From Clostridia bacterium (GTDB lineage: Bacteria > Bacillota > Clostridia > Oscillospirales > CAG-272), in the NCBI GenBank assembly GCA_017461365.1, contig JAFTYG010000047.1:9298-73297 (forward strand): DNA of 64,000 nucleotides, written 5' to 3'. Under the pieces are notes generated by a model. It was not told the origin of the DNA. It was given only the letters and a program-made list of their open reading frames with translations, and did not search any database. This document shows, piece after piece, positions 48,601-57,474 of this stretch; positions within the stretch are counted from its first letter, which is position 1; the number at the start of each line of letters is the position of its first letter. Both the position numbers and the translations under genes were made by a program.

Positions 48601-49362
48601 TCAATTATTTTTCAGCGCTTTTTTCTTATCTGTACCGAATTCGTGGTAGGGGAGAAATTCGAGGGGGAGGGCTCTTTCGGCGCAATATCTTGCTATGCGT
48701 TCGCATTCCGCGCCCTCATTGAAGCCTTGGATAACGGGGGTACGGATGAATATGCGTTTTCCCGTTTTTTGCAATCTCTCAAGGTTTTCGAGGATGAGGG
48801 TATTTTCACTTCCCGTTCCCCTTTTATGCAGGTCGCAGTCAAGGGCTTTTATATCGTAAAGGAAGATATTGATGTACGGAAGCACCTTCTCAAAGCTCGA
48901 ATAGGGGACGTATCCCGCAGTATCGACCGCTACCGATATTCTCGCGTTGCGGCACATTTTTGCGACCTCTGCAAGAAAATCGGGATAAAGCATACATTCT
49001 CCACCCGAAAAGGTGACGCCTCCGCCCGTAATATCGTAGTACGGTCTGTCAGCGCAAATTATCCCGAAAAGCTCCTCGGCGCTGTATTTTTTTCCGTACA
49101 CGCGTCTTGCTCCCTCGGGGCAGACCTCGGCGCACTCGAAGCATCCGAGACATTCGTCTGTTTTTTTACAGACCTTTTTGCAAGCTCCGCATCCTACACA
49201 TTTACGGTCAAAAAATGCAAGCTCGGGTTCGGCTCTCTTTCCCTCGGGGTTATGACACCAAAAGCAATCGAGCGTACAGCCCTTAAAAAAGACTGTAGTG
49301 CGTATGCCCTCTCCGTCGGAACGCGAGCCTCTGTGTATATCGAAAATATACGGAATATCCAT
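48601..49362 (-). CDS. Glycyl-radical enzyme activating enzyme (radical SAM)
   Basis: DGEGIRTTVFFKGCTLDCFWCHNPE (CxxxCxxC), ferredoxin-like insert, GGVTFSGGE. Confidence 0.93.
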   Translation of the reverse strand: MDIPYIFDIHRGSRSDGEGIRTTVFFKGCTLDCFWCHNPEGKRAEPELAFFDRKCVGCGACKKVCKKTDECLGCFECAEVCPEGARRVYGKKYSAEELFGIICADRPYYDITGGGVTFSGGECMLYPDFLAEVAKMCRNARISVAVDTAGYVPYSSFEKVLPYINIFLYDIKALDCDLHKRGTGSENTLILENLERLQKTGKRIFIRTPVIQGFNEGAECERIARYCAERALPLEFLPYHEFGTDKKKALKNN

Positions 49363-49363
49363 A

Positions 49364-50296
49364 TCACTTACTGTTGAGGAGAGCAAGCTCTTCGTCCGAC
49401 AGCGAAAGCTCTATGCCGCGAGCGTTATCGCGGAGCTGCTCGGGAGTTGCCGAGAAGAGCGGTATGACCGTGGGGTATCCTTCGCAACGGTCAAGATTTG
49501 CAAGCCATGCGATGACGAGCGCGCTCGGATTTACGCCCTTCTCTGCCGCCATACTGCGTATAAAATCGAGGCGTTCGCCGCCCGTGTATTCATCGGGAAG
49601 AAGCGCTGGGTTCTCATATGCTCCCTTGCACAGGCAAGCGTAGGAAACGAGGGGCATATTTTTATCGCAAAGGAAGCGTAATCTTTCTCTGTTTACGATC
49701 TCGTTAAAGGCGTATTTCGGGCCTACCTCAAATTTGGGATTGAGATAGGAAAGTCTCTGCTGCATAACGGTATAGGGGGTAAGGCTCTTGAGCTCGGCAA
49801 GCATATTCGCCTCGGCAAGTCTCCACGTATCGAAGTTGCTTGAGCCGAGGGTGCGCACCTTTCCCTTTTTCACAAGTCGGTGGAAGGCTTCCATCGTTTC
49901 CTCAATGGGGGTATTTATATCGTCTGTATGCGCATAGTAAAGGTCTATGTAGTCGGTCTTTAGCTTGCGCAAACTCTCGTCTATCCAATATTCTATCTGC
50001 TCGGCGCGAAGTCCCGCGCCCTTTCCGTGGCGGTCAAATCCGACCTTTGTGGCAAGCACCACCTTATCGCGGCATCCGCGCTCCGAGAACCATTCTCCGA
50101 GAAGCGTTTCGCTCTCATCGCCCGTTCCCGCCCAATGCGCGTAGTTATTGGACGTGTCGATGAAGTTTCCTCCGAGATCCATATAGGTATCAAGCGTTCT
50201 GTATGCCTCCTCCTTAGAGGTGGTAGTTCCGAAGTTCATAGCTCCGAGAGCAAATGCCGATACGTTCAATCCGTTGGGTAATAAGATTTTTTTCAT
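49364..50296 (-). CDS. Aldo/keto reductase
   Basis: LGAMNFG, FIDTSNNY, LATKV, DYIDLYYAH, GSSN. Confidence 0.9.
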   Translation of the reverse strand: MKKILLPNGLNVSAFALGAMNFGTTTSKEEAYRTLDTYMDLGGNFIDTSNNYAHWAGTGDESETLLGEWFSERGCRDKVVLATKVGFDRHGKGAGLRAEQIEYWIDESLRKLKTDYIDLYYAHTDDINTPIEETMEAFHRLVKKGKVRTLGSSNFDTWRLAEANMLAELKSLTPYTVMQQRLSYLNPKFEVGPKYAFNEIVNRERLRFLCDKNMPLVSYACLCKGAYENPALLPDEYTGGERLDFIRSMAAEKGVNPSALVIAWLANLDRCEGYPTVIPLFSATPEQLRDNARGIELSLSDEELALLNSK

Positions 50297-50313
50297 GTTA
50301 TTTCTGCCTTTCT

Positions 50314-52536
50314 TTATTTAAGTCTTTCAATAATATCGTTTTGTAATCTTTCGCAAATATCTACGAAAACTCCGCTGTATCCCGTTACTCTTACGCGGAT
50401 GTCGCGATGGGCATCGGGATCTCTTTGCGCCTCGATAAGTGTATCGGCTCCCACTGCCGTTACCTGCGCGTGGAGTCCGCCTCTGTCAAAATAGTTACCG
50501 AGAAGCAGTGAAAAGAGCGCGTGTCCGTCCTCGCCCTTGTAATCTGCGGGGTTAATATCAAGGTTGAGCGCGCCAGACAGAAGTCCGTCCGCAGGAAGGC
50601 TCAGCATAGAATTGAACAGCCCTGTAATTCCGTTTATGCAAGAGCCGTTTGACGGTCTCGTATTCTGTGAGAAGGGGGTATGCGCCCGCCGTCCGTCGGG
50701 TGTCGCACCGAAGGTCTCGCCATTCTTTAAGTGCCACGTATCGCTCTGCATACAGGGCACAAGGAAGAGGTGTTCTCTTTCAAGGTAAGGTCTGCTCTTT
50801 TCTATCGTCAGCTCGCAGGCTCTCTCGGACAGTCTTTTGGAGTGGTAATTTGACAGCGCGCTGTCGCTACCGTATTTTTCGACGCTTCTGCAAAGCGCGA
50901 GGATATTCTCATAACCGACAAAGTCACATTCAACCGCTTCGAGAAGCTCGGAAAGCGTGAGACGCTTATCTGTAAAGACGAGCTTATCCACGACGGTGAA
51001 GCTGTCTGCAACCGTTGCGAACATTTGAAACGACTGAAGCTCATAGTAATATTTTGCGTTTGCCGAGATACATTCTCCGCTATCTGTTGCGCATTCGGCA
51101 AAGCAATCTCTGAAGGTAAGGAGCGCCGAGGGCTTACGCTGTCTTGCCCGCAGCTCGCGGCTTATTTGGGAGAGCTTGCGGTCGATAAAGTCTGACATAC
51201 GCTCAAAAAAGCCGTTGTAAACGTCCTCTATGCTTATTTCTCTGTCTGTGATCTCGGCAAGCTCTCGCAGGACTATTATAAGATCCTCCGGCCAGCCGTG
51301 CTCGGTGTTCATACGCATAAAGGGAACAAGCTCCTTTTTTTCATCCTCCGACAGTACTTCGTATTTATAAGCCTTAGGACCGCCCTGTATCCACACGCTA
51401 TCAGGACCTAAGGAGGGCCAATTACATCCGAAGTGCTCATATTTTCGGCTGTCCGCTTCGGGAATACCTATACGCGCGTAGGTCTTTAGCATACTGTTAT
51501 CGTTATAGAACATCAGCGACGAGCTCTTAAGCGCTTTATCGGTAAGCGTTCGCCAAAGCCTCGGATGCGCTTTATCCATCCCCTCGAAATATCTTACGAC
51601 AACGACGGGGTTTTTGAATGACGGCACTATACACTCGGCAAAGAGCTCTGTAAGCTCACTGACAGCGCTTTCTCCGTTTTCGTCCGTACCCGCAAGGAGA
51701 AGATACTGCGGCGCGTCGAAGTTCAGAATTCGCTTGAACGTAGTGCTGTTCTGATCATCTCCCACTTGATGCTCGCCTCGTCCCATAATGAGGTTATGCT
51801 TGCAGTAGTAGTCGGTTATGAGCGCCTTTGCCTCTTCCCTTGTAAGCCTTCCGCCCTCGACGTCGGCGCGATAGAGCGGATAAAGTATCTTATCGAGCCG
51901 TCCGACGGTCAGCGTGGGATTTTCGGTTACATACGCGCAATTGATCAGCGTTACTATCCACAAAAGCTGAAGCGCTTCGCGGAAGGTCTCAGGGCGCTCG
52001 GAGGCAGTTTTCCTGAGATCATTTGCGACTGCGACAAGTCCCTTTTGCTCTGCCGCATCGGCGTATCTCAGCATATAATCGGCTATAGCCCTATGCACCT
52101 CGAGCATAGCGCGAAGAAATATTTTTTTATCCTCGCTCTCAGCCGCCGCAAGCGTTTTTTCGGCTCTTTTTCTGAGACCGCAAAGACCTTCGTTTACCAA
52201 GGTCTCCCAAGAATAAGAGCAATGTCCCGAGGAAAGTATGACCTCCTTCCCGGGGTAGTCGGGATGCTTTATATATTCGGCAAAGGCTCTTTCCTCGTCC
52301 TCGGTAAGCACTCTGTCGACATATCGCCCAGCGATGAGGTCGTATTTCTCAACGGGTGTGGAGACACGCGACAGAAGTATTGACAGATACCTCGAAAAGC
52401 GCAAGGGGTGAGGCAGATCCTTATACTCGCTCTTTATCTCATTGAGTATCAGAAATCGCTCCGACGCGGTGGCAAGCATCGGCTTTTCGGTCAGCGCGCT
52501 CTCCGCCTCGACGACGTTTATTTTCAAGTCCTTCAT
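50314..52536 (-). CDS. Glycyl radical enzyme (PFL superfamily, unknown substrate)
   Basis: C-terminal IRVRVTGYSGVF Gly loop, GATPDGR, GRLDKILYP; Cys loop FGCNW. Confidence 0.9.
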   Translation of the reverse strand: MKDLKINVVEAESALTEKPMLATASERFLILNEIKSEYKDLPHPLRFSRYLSILLSRVSTPVEKYDLIAGRYVDRVLTEDEERAFAEYIKHPDYPGKEVILSSGHCSYSWETLVNEGLCGLRKRAEKTLAAAESEDKKIFLRAMLEVHRAIADYMLRYADAAEQKGLVAVANDLRKTASERPETFREALQLLWIVTLINCAYVTENPTLTVGRLDKILYPLYRADVEGGRLTREEAKALITDYYCKHNLIMGRGEHQVGDDQNSTTFKRILNFDAPQYLLLAGTDENGESAVSELTELFAECIVPSFKNPVVVVRYFEGMDKAHPRLWRTLTDKALKSSSLMFYNDNSMLKTYARIGIPEADSRKYEHFGCNWPSLGPDSVWIQGGPKAYKYEVLSEDEKKELVPFMRMNTEHGWPEDLIIVLRELAEITDREISIEDVYNGFFERMSDFIDRKLSQISRELRARQRKPSALLTFRDCFAECATDSGECISANAKYYYELQSFQMFATVADSFTVVDKLVFTDKRLTLSELLEAVECDFVGYENILALCRSVEKYGSDSALSNYHSKRLSERACELTIEKSRPYLEREHLFLVPCMQSDTWHLKNGETFGATPDGRRAHTPFSQNTRPSNGSCINGITGLFNSMLSLPADGLLSGALNLDINPADYKGEDGHALFSLLLGNYFDRGGLHAQVTAVGADTLIEAQRDPDAHRDIRVRVTGYSGVFVDICERLQNDIIERLK

Positions 52537-52546
52537 TTTATCCTCC

Positions 52547-53521
52547 TCAGAGCACGTTCATTACGATGATACCGACAAGCGCGACAAGTGAGCCGACAAT
52601 GCTCCGCCACGTCATTTTCTCGTTAAAGAAGATCATCGCCACAAAGTTTACCGTGATCAGGCATCCGCCCTTGATTATCGGATAGAGCACCTGAGAGCTC
52701 ATTCCGTAGTCGTTTGTCGCCACAGTCTGCAAATAATTTGCCGCGAAAAGGCAGACCGCCATCACTCCTATATGCGCAAGCACTCTTATGGGAATATAGA
52801 GCCGTTTTTTGCTTTCGGTCAGCTCGGAGACCTTCTCTGTCTCTGGGCGTTTATTTTTCTTTTTATTCGCGTCCCATATCCAGAACGCCGCGAACACAAG
52901 GAGCAATACTGCCGCCGCAAAGACGTATGTATAAAAATGGAACACCGATTTCGGGTATATCTTTTCAGCCGCGTGAGCGCCTGCCTCGGTGTAGTATTCC
53001 TTATAAAGCTGTTGCGAAAAGCTCGAAAGTCCGTCTCCGAGGGTGGCTATAATGAGGAGCAATATTCCCGAGAAGCCTCCGCCCGCGGTCTTTTTGCTGT
53101 GCCCCGCAAGTATGACGGTTGCTCCGAGGATGAACGCAAAGCCTATCATTTTGGGAACCGAGATCGGCTGTCCGAACAAAACAAGGCAAAGAAGAGCGGG
53201 AAGAAGCGAGCCGAGTGTCATTCCAACGTCCATCGCCACCATCGAATTCTTACGCACCGCCATGAGCCAACCGACAAGAAACGCCGCGTTTGCGATACCT
53301 GAGAATGCGCATATAGCAAGCATTCCGCCATCAACTCGCAGAGAGCCTCCCGAGCCTTCGGCAAATACAAGCGCCGCGCCTATTATGACGCAGAACACCA
53401 TACGCACGAAATTGAAAAGGACTGAGTCGCCCGTATCTCTGACGGCGGTACTTGTTTTCTTTCCGCAGTACCCTTTTATCGTAAGGAAGAACAGAGCTAT
53501 AATAACTATCAGGTAAACCAT
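52547..53521 (-). CDS. EamA/DMT family transporter
   Basis: About 10 TM helices in two repeats, FFNEK...IVG end motif. Confidence 0.78.
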   Translation of the reverse strand: MVYLIVIIALFFLTIKGYCGKKTSTAVRDTGDSVLFNFVRMVFCVIIGAALVFAEGSGGSLRVDGGMLAICAFSGIANAAFLVGWLMAVRKNSMVAMDVGMTLGSLLPALLCLVLFGQPISVPKMIGFAFILGATVILAGHSKKTAGGGFSGILLLIIATLGDGLSSFSQQLYKEYYTEAGAHAAEKIYPKSVFHFYTYVFAAAVLLLVFAAFWIWDANKKKNKRPETEKVSELTESKKRLYIPIRVLAHIGVMAVCLFAANYLQTVATNDYGMSSQVLYPIIKGGCLITVNFVAMIFFNEKMTWRSIVGSLVALVGIIVMNVL

Positions 53522-53665
53522 TCCGAGCTCCTATGAAACCAAATAAAAATTCACTGTGGCTTCATTATAACACAAAAACGTCAACGGGAAAATGTATAAT
53601 AACAAAAAACCTTGATTTTTCTGCACTAATATGTTATAATTTAAAAAAGTGACGGAGGTATAAAA

Positions 53666-54514
53666 ATGAATATTGCAGACATATCCGAGCTTAAAGAGAA
53701 AAATGCGGACGCGCAGATATTTGAGATCTTTCCCGAGCGTTGGGAGAAGCGCCGTGAATTTTCCCTTTACAAGCGCAAGGGGCGCCCTTGCTCCGCGCTC
53801 TTTTTCGCGCAAGGCGACGTGGAGATATGCTTTTACAGCGGAGATAAGACCGTTTCGGCAAAAAAGGGGGACGTCGTTTATATTCCCGAGGGCATATGCT
53901 ATACTGCATCGATAGAAAAAAAGAACTCCTCACAGACCGTTACCTATACTGTAAACTTCGATCTTTTTGAGGAGAGCCGCAAAAAGCTGTTTCTTTCGTC
54001 GGATATAAAGATACTCGCCAGCAGGCAGGACAGCCTTTTCGAGAGGCGCTTCAAGGAGCTGTCCGATACTGTACACAGACTCAGAGATACGGGAGACAAG
54101 GAAAGCTATAACCGAACGAGAGCTAAGGGTGAATTTCTTCTGCTGCTCGACTCAGTTGCCGACACCGCCTCTATACGCGACGACAGCTATTATCCAATCC
54201 GCCGCGGTGTAGACGCCTTTTGCGGTGAGTGGAACAAAAACGAGCGCATAGAAAAATACGCTTCTCTGTGCGGTATCAGCGAGACTTATTTTTTCAGGTG
54301 CTTCAAAAAATGGTCGGGCGTCAGCCCTGTGGAATACCGAAACAATCTGCGTTTGTCGAACGCCGAAAGTCTTTTGCGATGCACCGATATGCAGATACAG
54401 GAGATCTCCGCGGCAGTAGGGTTTACCGATCCGTTTTATTTCTGCCGTATCTTTTCGGACAAGTACGGGATGTCGCCGAAAAAATACAGAGAGAGGTATC
54501 AGGGAGAGGGGTAA
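53666..54514 (+). CDS. AraC family regulator
   Basis: SETYFFRCFKK.SGVSP...VGFTDPFYFCRIFS.KYGMSP; divergent from the GRE operon. Confidence 0.9.
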   Translation: MNIADISELKEKNADAQIFEIFPERWEKRREFSLYKRKGRPCSALFFAQGDVEICFYSGDKTVSAKKGDVVYIPEGICYTASIEKKNSSQTVTYTVNFDLFEESRKKLFLSSDIKILASRQDSLFERRFKELSDTVHRLRDTGDKESYNRTRAKGEFLLLLDSVADTASIRDDSYYPIRRGVDAFCGEWNKNERIEKYASLCGISETYFFRCFKKWSGVSPVEYRNNLRLSNAESLLRCTDMQIQEISAAVGFTDPFYFCRIFSDKYGMSPKKYRERYQGEG

Positions 54515-54567
54515 AAATGCTTACTCCGCTTGGCTTCGTTAGGAGCGGTATTTTTTGTCAGTATAGG

Positions 54568-54596
54568 TTGACACGTCGGTTTGTTTGTGTTATAAT
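54568..54596 (+). promoter_or_regulatory. Consensus sigmaA promoter (toxin mRNA)
   Basis: TTGACA-17 bp-TATAAT with TGn. Confidence 0.85.
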
Positions 54597-54738
54597 ATTT
54601 GCGTTAGTTTTTACCCATGAGGGGGTATCCCACGATATTGAGCCCACGTTAGCGGCTCCGTCGATTAAGGCGGTCGTTTCCCGAGCTTCGGGAACGCAAT
54701 AATTCTTTTTGCCTTCCCGTTGAGGGGAGGTGATGTTA

Positions 54739-54825
54739 ATGTAAATAACGCTTTAGCAGTTACTCCTGATAGCAGGCTTCGTAATCGCGCTTTTGACTTA
54801 CATTGATAAAAATAAAAAGAATTAA
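54739..54825 (+). pseudogene. Holin-like type I toxin, inactivated
   Basis: SD GGAGGTG held in a hairpin; reads M*ITL*QLLLIAGFVIALLTYIDKNKKN* (TM helix plus basic tail) with TAA at 54742 and TAG at 54754. Confidence 0.7.
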
Positions 54826-54898
54826 CCGCCCGGTCTCGCAAACATAGGCGGTTAATTCTTTAACACTTACGGGAAGCTGCCGTCATCGGCGCCCCTCT
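54808..54898 (-). ncRNA. Putative antisense antitoxin RNA
   Basis: Minus-strand TTGACA(54933-28)-17 bp-TATAAT(54910-05); terminator AATTAACCGCC/GGCGGTTAATT with T tail overlapping the toxin 3' end. Confidence 0.65.
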
Positions 54899-54968
54899 AC
54901 CGTTATTATACAGCATTTTATATTGATTGTCAATAGATTTAAAATATTTTTACGGAAAGGACAAAACA

Positions 54969-55805
54969 ATGGACACAAAGGTTACACTTACAGGACACAG
55001 AGGTTGGAGAGCAAAGTATCCCGAAAACACAATGCGCGGATTTCGTGAGGTGTTGAAGCTCGATATTGACGCTATCGAGATGGATGCTCACATGACAAAG
55101 GACTACCACATCGTTATCTGCCACGATCCCAATCTTGCGCGTACGACCGATACTGAAGGTCTCATTTATCAAATGACGCTTGACGAGGTACGCAAGGCTG
55201 ATGCGGGCATCAAGTTCGGAGAGGAATTCAAGGGTGAGCGCGTACCCACTATGGAAGAATTTCTCGAGCTCATGGCTACGCGCCCCGACGTAAAGCTGCT
55301 CCTTGAGCTCAAGGATTATCCCGAGGAGATAGGCGATTTTGCTTATGCCTCCGCAGAGCTTACCTTATCGCTCTGCAAGAAATACGGCGTTTTCGGCAAG
55401 GACAGGCTGACGGTCATTACTTTCTCGACGGGCATCTGCGCTTGGCTCAGAACACGATACACAAAGGAGGACTTTTCAATACACGGATTTTACCCCAAGG
55501 CAAAAATGAAGGGATATGCCTCCGACGATCCTTACAAATATTATGACGAGGTATGTCTTTTCAACTCGAGCGACAAGGATGCCACGGGTATGCCGATAAA
55601 GCACGACAGCCCCGTTGCGGACAAGGCGAGATTTACCGAATTTGCTCTTATGGGTATCAAGCCCTGTGTTTATTTCAAGCTGAACACGGATGAGGCGGCC
55701 TACCGCGAAGCGTACGAAAACGGAGCTATCGGATTTACCTGCGACCATCCCGACATTTGCGGAGAGATACTCGATAAGATCGGCGCGAGAAAGTTGAAAA
55801 GATAA
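54969..55805 (+). CDS. Glycerophosphodiester phosphodiesterase family protein
   Basis: GHRG...YPENT, IEMD, ICHD, ELK, FTCDHP. Confidence 0.9.
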   Translation: MDTKVTLTGHRGWRAKYPENTMRGFREVLKLDIDAIEMDAHMTKDYHIVICHDPNLARTTDTEGLIYQMTLDEVRKADAGIKFGEEFKGERVPTMEEFLELMATRPDVKLLLELKDYPEEIGDFAYASAELTLSLCKKYGVFGKDRLTVITFSTGICAWLRTRYTKEDFSIHGFYPKAKMKGYASDDPYKYYDEVCLFNSSDKDATGMPIKHDSPVADKARFTEFALMGIKPCVYFKLNTDEAAYREAYENGAIGFTCDHPDICGEILDKIGARKLKR

Positions 55806-55907
55806 CGAAAAAATAGCCCGATTGCTGTTCTTATAAGAATTTTAACCAAAATTGGCAGAGAGGTTGTTTCTCTGCCGATTTGCGGTATAGGTGATAAAAT
55901 TGAAAAA

Positions 55908-56231
55908 TTGAAAGACAGAAAAACGACAAGATTAAAAGGCGCAGACTATAATAGTACAGGTGTAGTTTTTTAACGATGTGTACAAAAGAGAGACGTTGCA
56001 TACTCTCTCGAATTGTAGAGGACGCCGGTCCCTGCAATTCAAAATACGATCGTTGCCCGTTTTATTTCAACGTTCAAAAGATTTTGCAACAAAGAATATG
56101 GCAAGAATATTTGGCAATACCGTTCCAACGATCATATTATAAGAAACCAACACGATTATGATGAGCATTTGAATTACATCTACGAAAATCCCATGCGTTG
56201 GTACTACGACGAATTATACACAGAAGAATAA
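55908..56231 (+). pseudogene. RAYT/IS200-like Y1 transposase remnant
   Basis: LKDRKTTRLKGADY...(frameshift)..TMCTKERRCILSRIV joined to ARFISTFKRF...IWQYRSNDHIIRN...YIYENPMRW; HUH core absent. Confidence 0.8.
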
Positions 56232-56289
56232 CCGAAAAAGCACAGAACTCATTTTGTAAATTCTGTGCTTTTCTGTTTTTACGGCAGTT

Positions 56290-56547
56290 TTATGCGTTTT
56301 TTTCCTTATACTCTGCAAGAGCGCGGGCGAGCTGATCGGGGCAGGAGGTTGCCTTGAGTCCGCAACGGATGCCCGAAAGTCTATTTATCGCCTCGTCGAT
56401 CTCCATTCCCTCGGCAAGCGCGGCGACGCCCTTGGTGTTACCCGCACATCCGCCCTCGAAGGTTATCTTCTGTATCTTGCCGTCCTCTACGTCAATATTT
56501 ATTCTGCGCGAGCACACGCCGCGCGTGGTGTAGGTTATATGTTCCAT
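56290..56547 (-). CDS. TSCPD-domain protein (TIGR03905-like)
   Basis: GVCS, GGCAGN, GIRCG..ATSCPDQLA. Confidence 0.9.
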   Translation of the reverse strand: MEHITYTTRGVCSRRINIDVEDGKIQKITFEGGCAGNTKGVAALAEGMEIDEAINRLSGIRCGLKATSCPDQLARALAEYKEKNA

Positions 56548-56595
56548 TTTTATTCCTTTCCTTGTTCTGTCTTGCTTTCGATCCGTCCTATACCG

Positions 56596-57474
56596 TCAAG
56601 TCTGATCAACTCTCGGATAGAGTCCCACAAGTGTGTACCGCGTATATTCCTCCGACATAAAGAGGTGAAAAGGCGGTATATTTTTTTCGGGCAGATCAAA
56701 CGTAAAATAATATTTTTGCAGACCGCTGTCGTATTCAACGGGCAAAGAGTCTATTTTTGAGAGCCGCGCGCCGAATATATCGGCAACCCCCGATATATCC
56801 GAAAGCGCCTTTCCGTTATCCGATATAACCGAGAACTCAAAGCTCCAATGAGCGTTCTTTGGTACTCTGTCTGGGATCGCTCTGCCCACAAGAGCGTACT
56901 TTGCGCTTCCCTCCACGCTCTCCGAGTCGGGCTCGCAGACAGCGCATATTTTTAGCTCATATCTGTCAAGCATAGAATAAAACCCGAAAAGTCTGCCGTT
57001 GCGTGAATTCTCGACAGGCAATATGCAAAACTCGCATCGGCTGTCGTAAACGTCCTCGCACGCGGCGGAAAACGACGGTGAAAAGACCTCCTTCGGTGTT
57101 GTTATGACCTTTGAAAAGCATGAAAAGGCGCTCTCGTTATATCTGTTTCGCACAAGCGCGACCTTTCCGTGCGAGCCTGCGGCTATCTCTTCCCCGAAGA
57201 AGCTATGTCTCCAAAGCTCCGTTCCGTATCTGCGCGACGCTCCGAGCGCCATGCAGAGCCTTGCCCTATCCTCATAAGTCGACATCGGAAGTTTTTTTCG
57301 GAACTCCTCGCAGACATCCCCTGCCTCGCGCCCAAAATCGCCCGACACAAACGTCTCGACGAGCTCGGACACAGAAAGTCTTCTCTGCTCCTCGGCAATA
57401 TTCTGTCTGCGCGAAAATTCCCCGATATTTTCACAATGTATATTTACAGTCTCGGAGCTGTTCATAGGCTTCAC
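56596..57474 (-). CDS. Degenerate prephenate dehydratase-like/ACT protein
   Basis: ILPVENSRNG and ACT-like LSKIDSLP...YYFTFD...LVGLY; TRF motif replaced by AKY. Confidence 0.55.
   Translation of the reverse strand: MKPMNSSETVNIHCENIGEFSRRQNIAEEQRRLSVSELVETFVSGDFGREAGDVCEEFRKKLPMSTYEDRARLCMALGASRRYGTELWRHSFFGEEIAAGSHGKVALVRNRYNESAFSCFSKVITTPKEVFSPSFSAACEDVYDSRCEFCILPVENSRNGRLFGFYSMLDRYELKICAVCEPDSESVEGSAKYALVGRAIPDRVPKNAHWSFEFSVISDNGKALSDISGVADIFGARLSKIDSLPVEYDSGLQKYYFTFDLPEKNIPPFHLFMSEEYTRYTLVGLYPRVDQT

Noticed and set aside
54229-54702. 157-aa ORF overlapping the AraC 3' end
   Set aside because: Out-of-frame overlap running through a terminator and promoter; the region is better explained by the type I TA leader.
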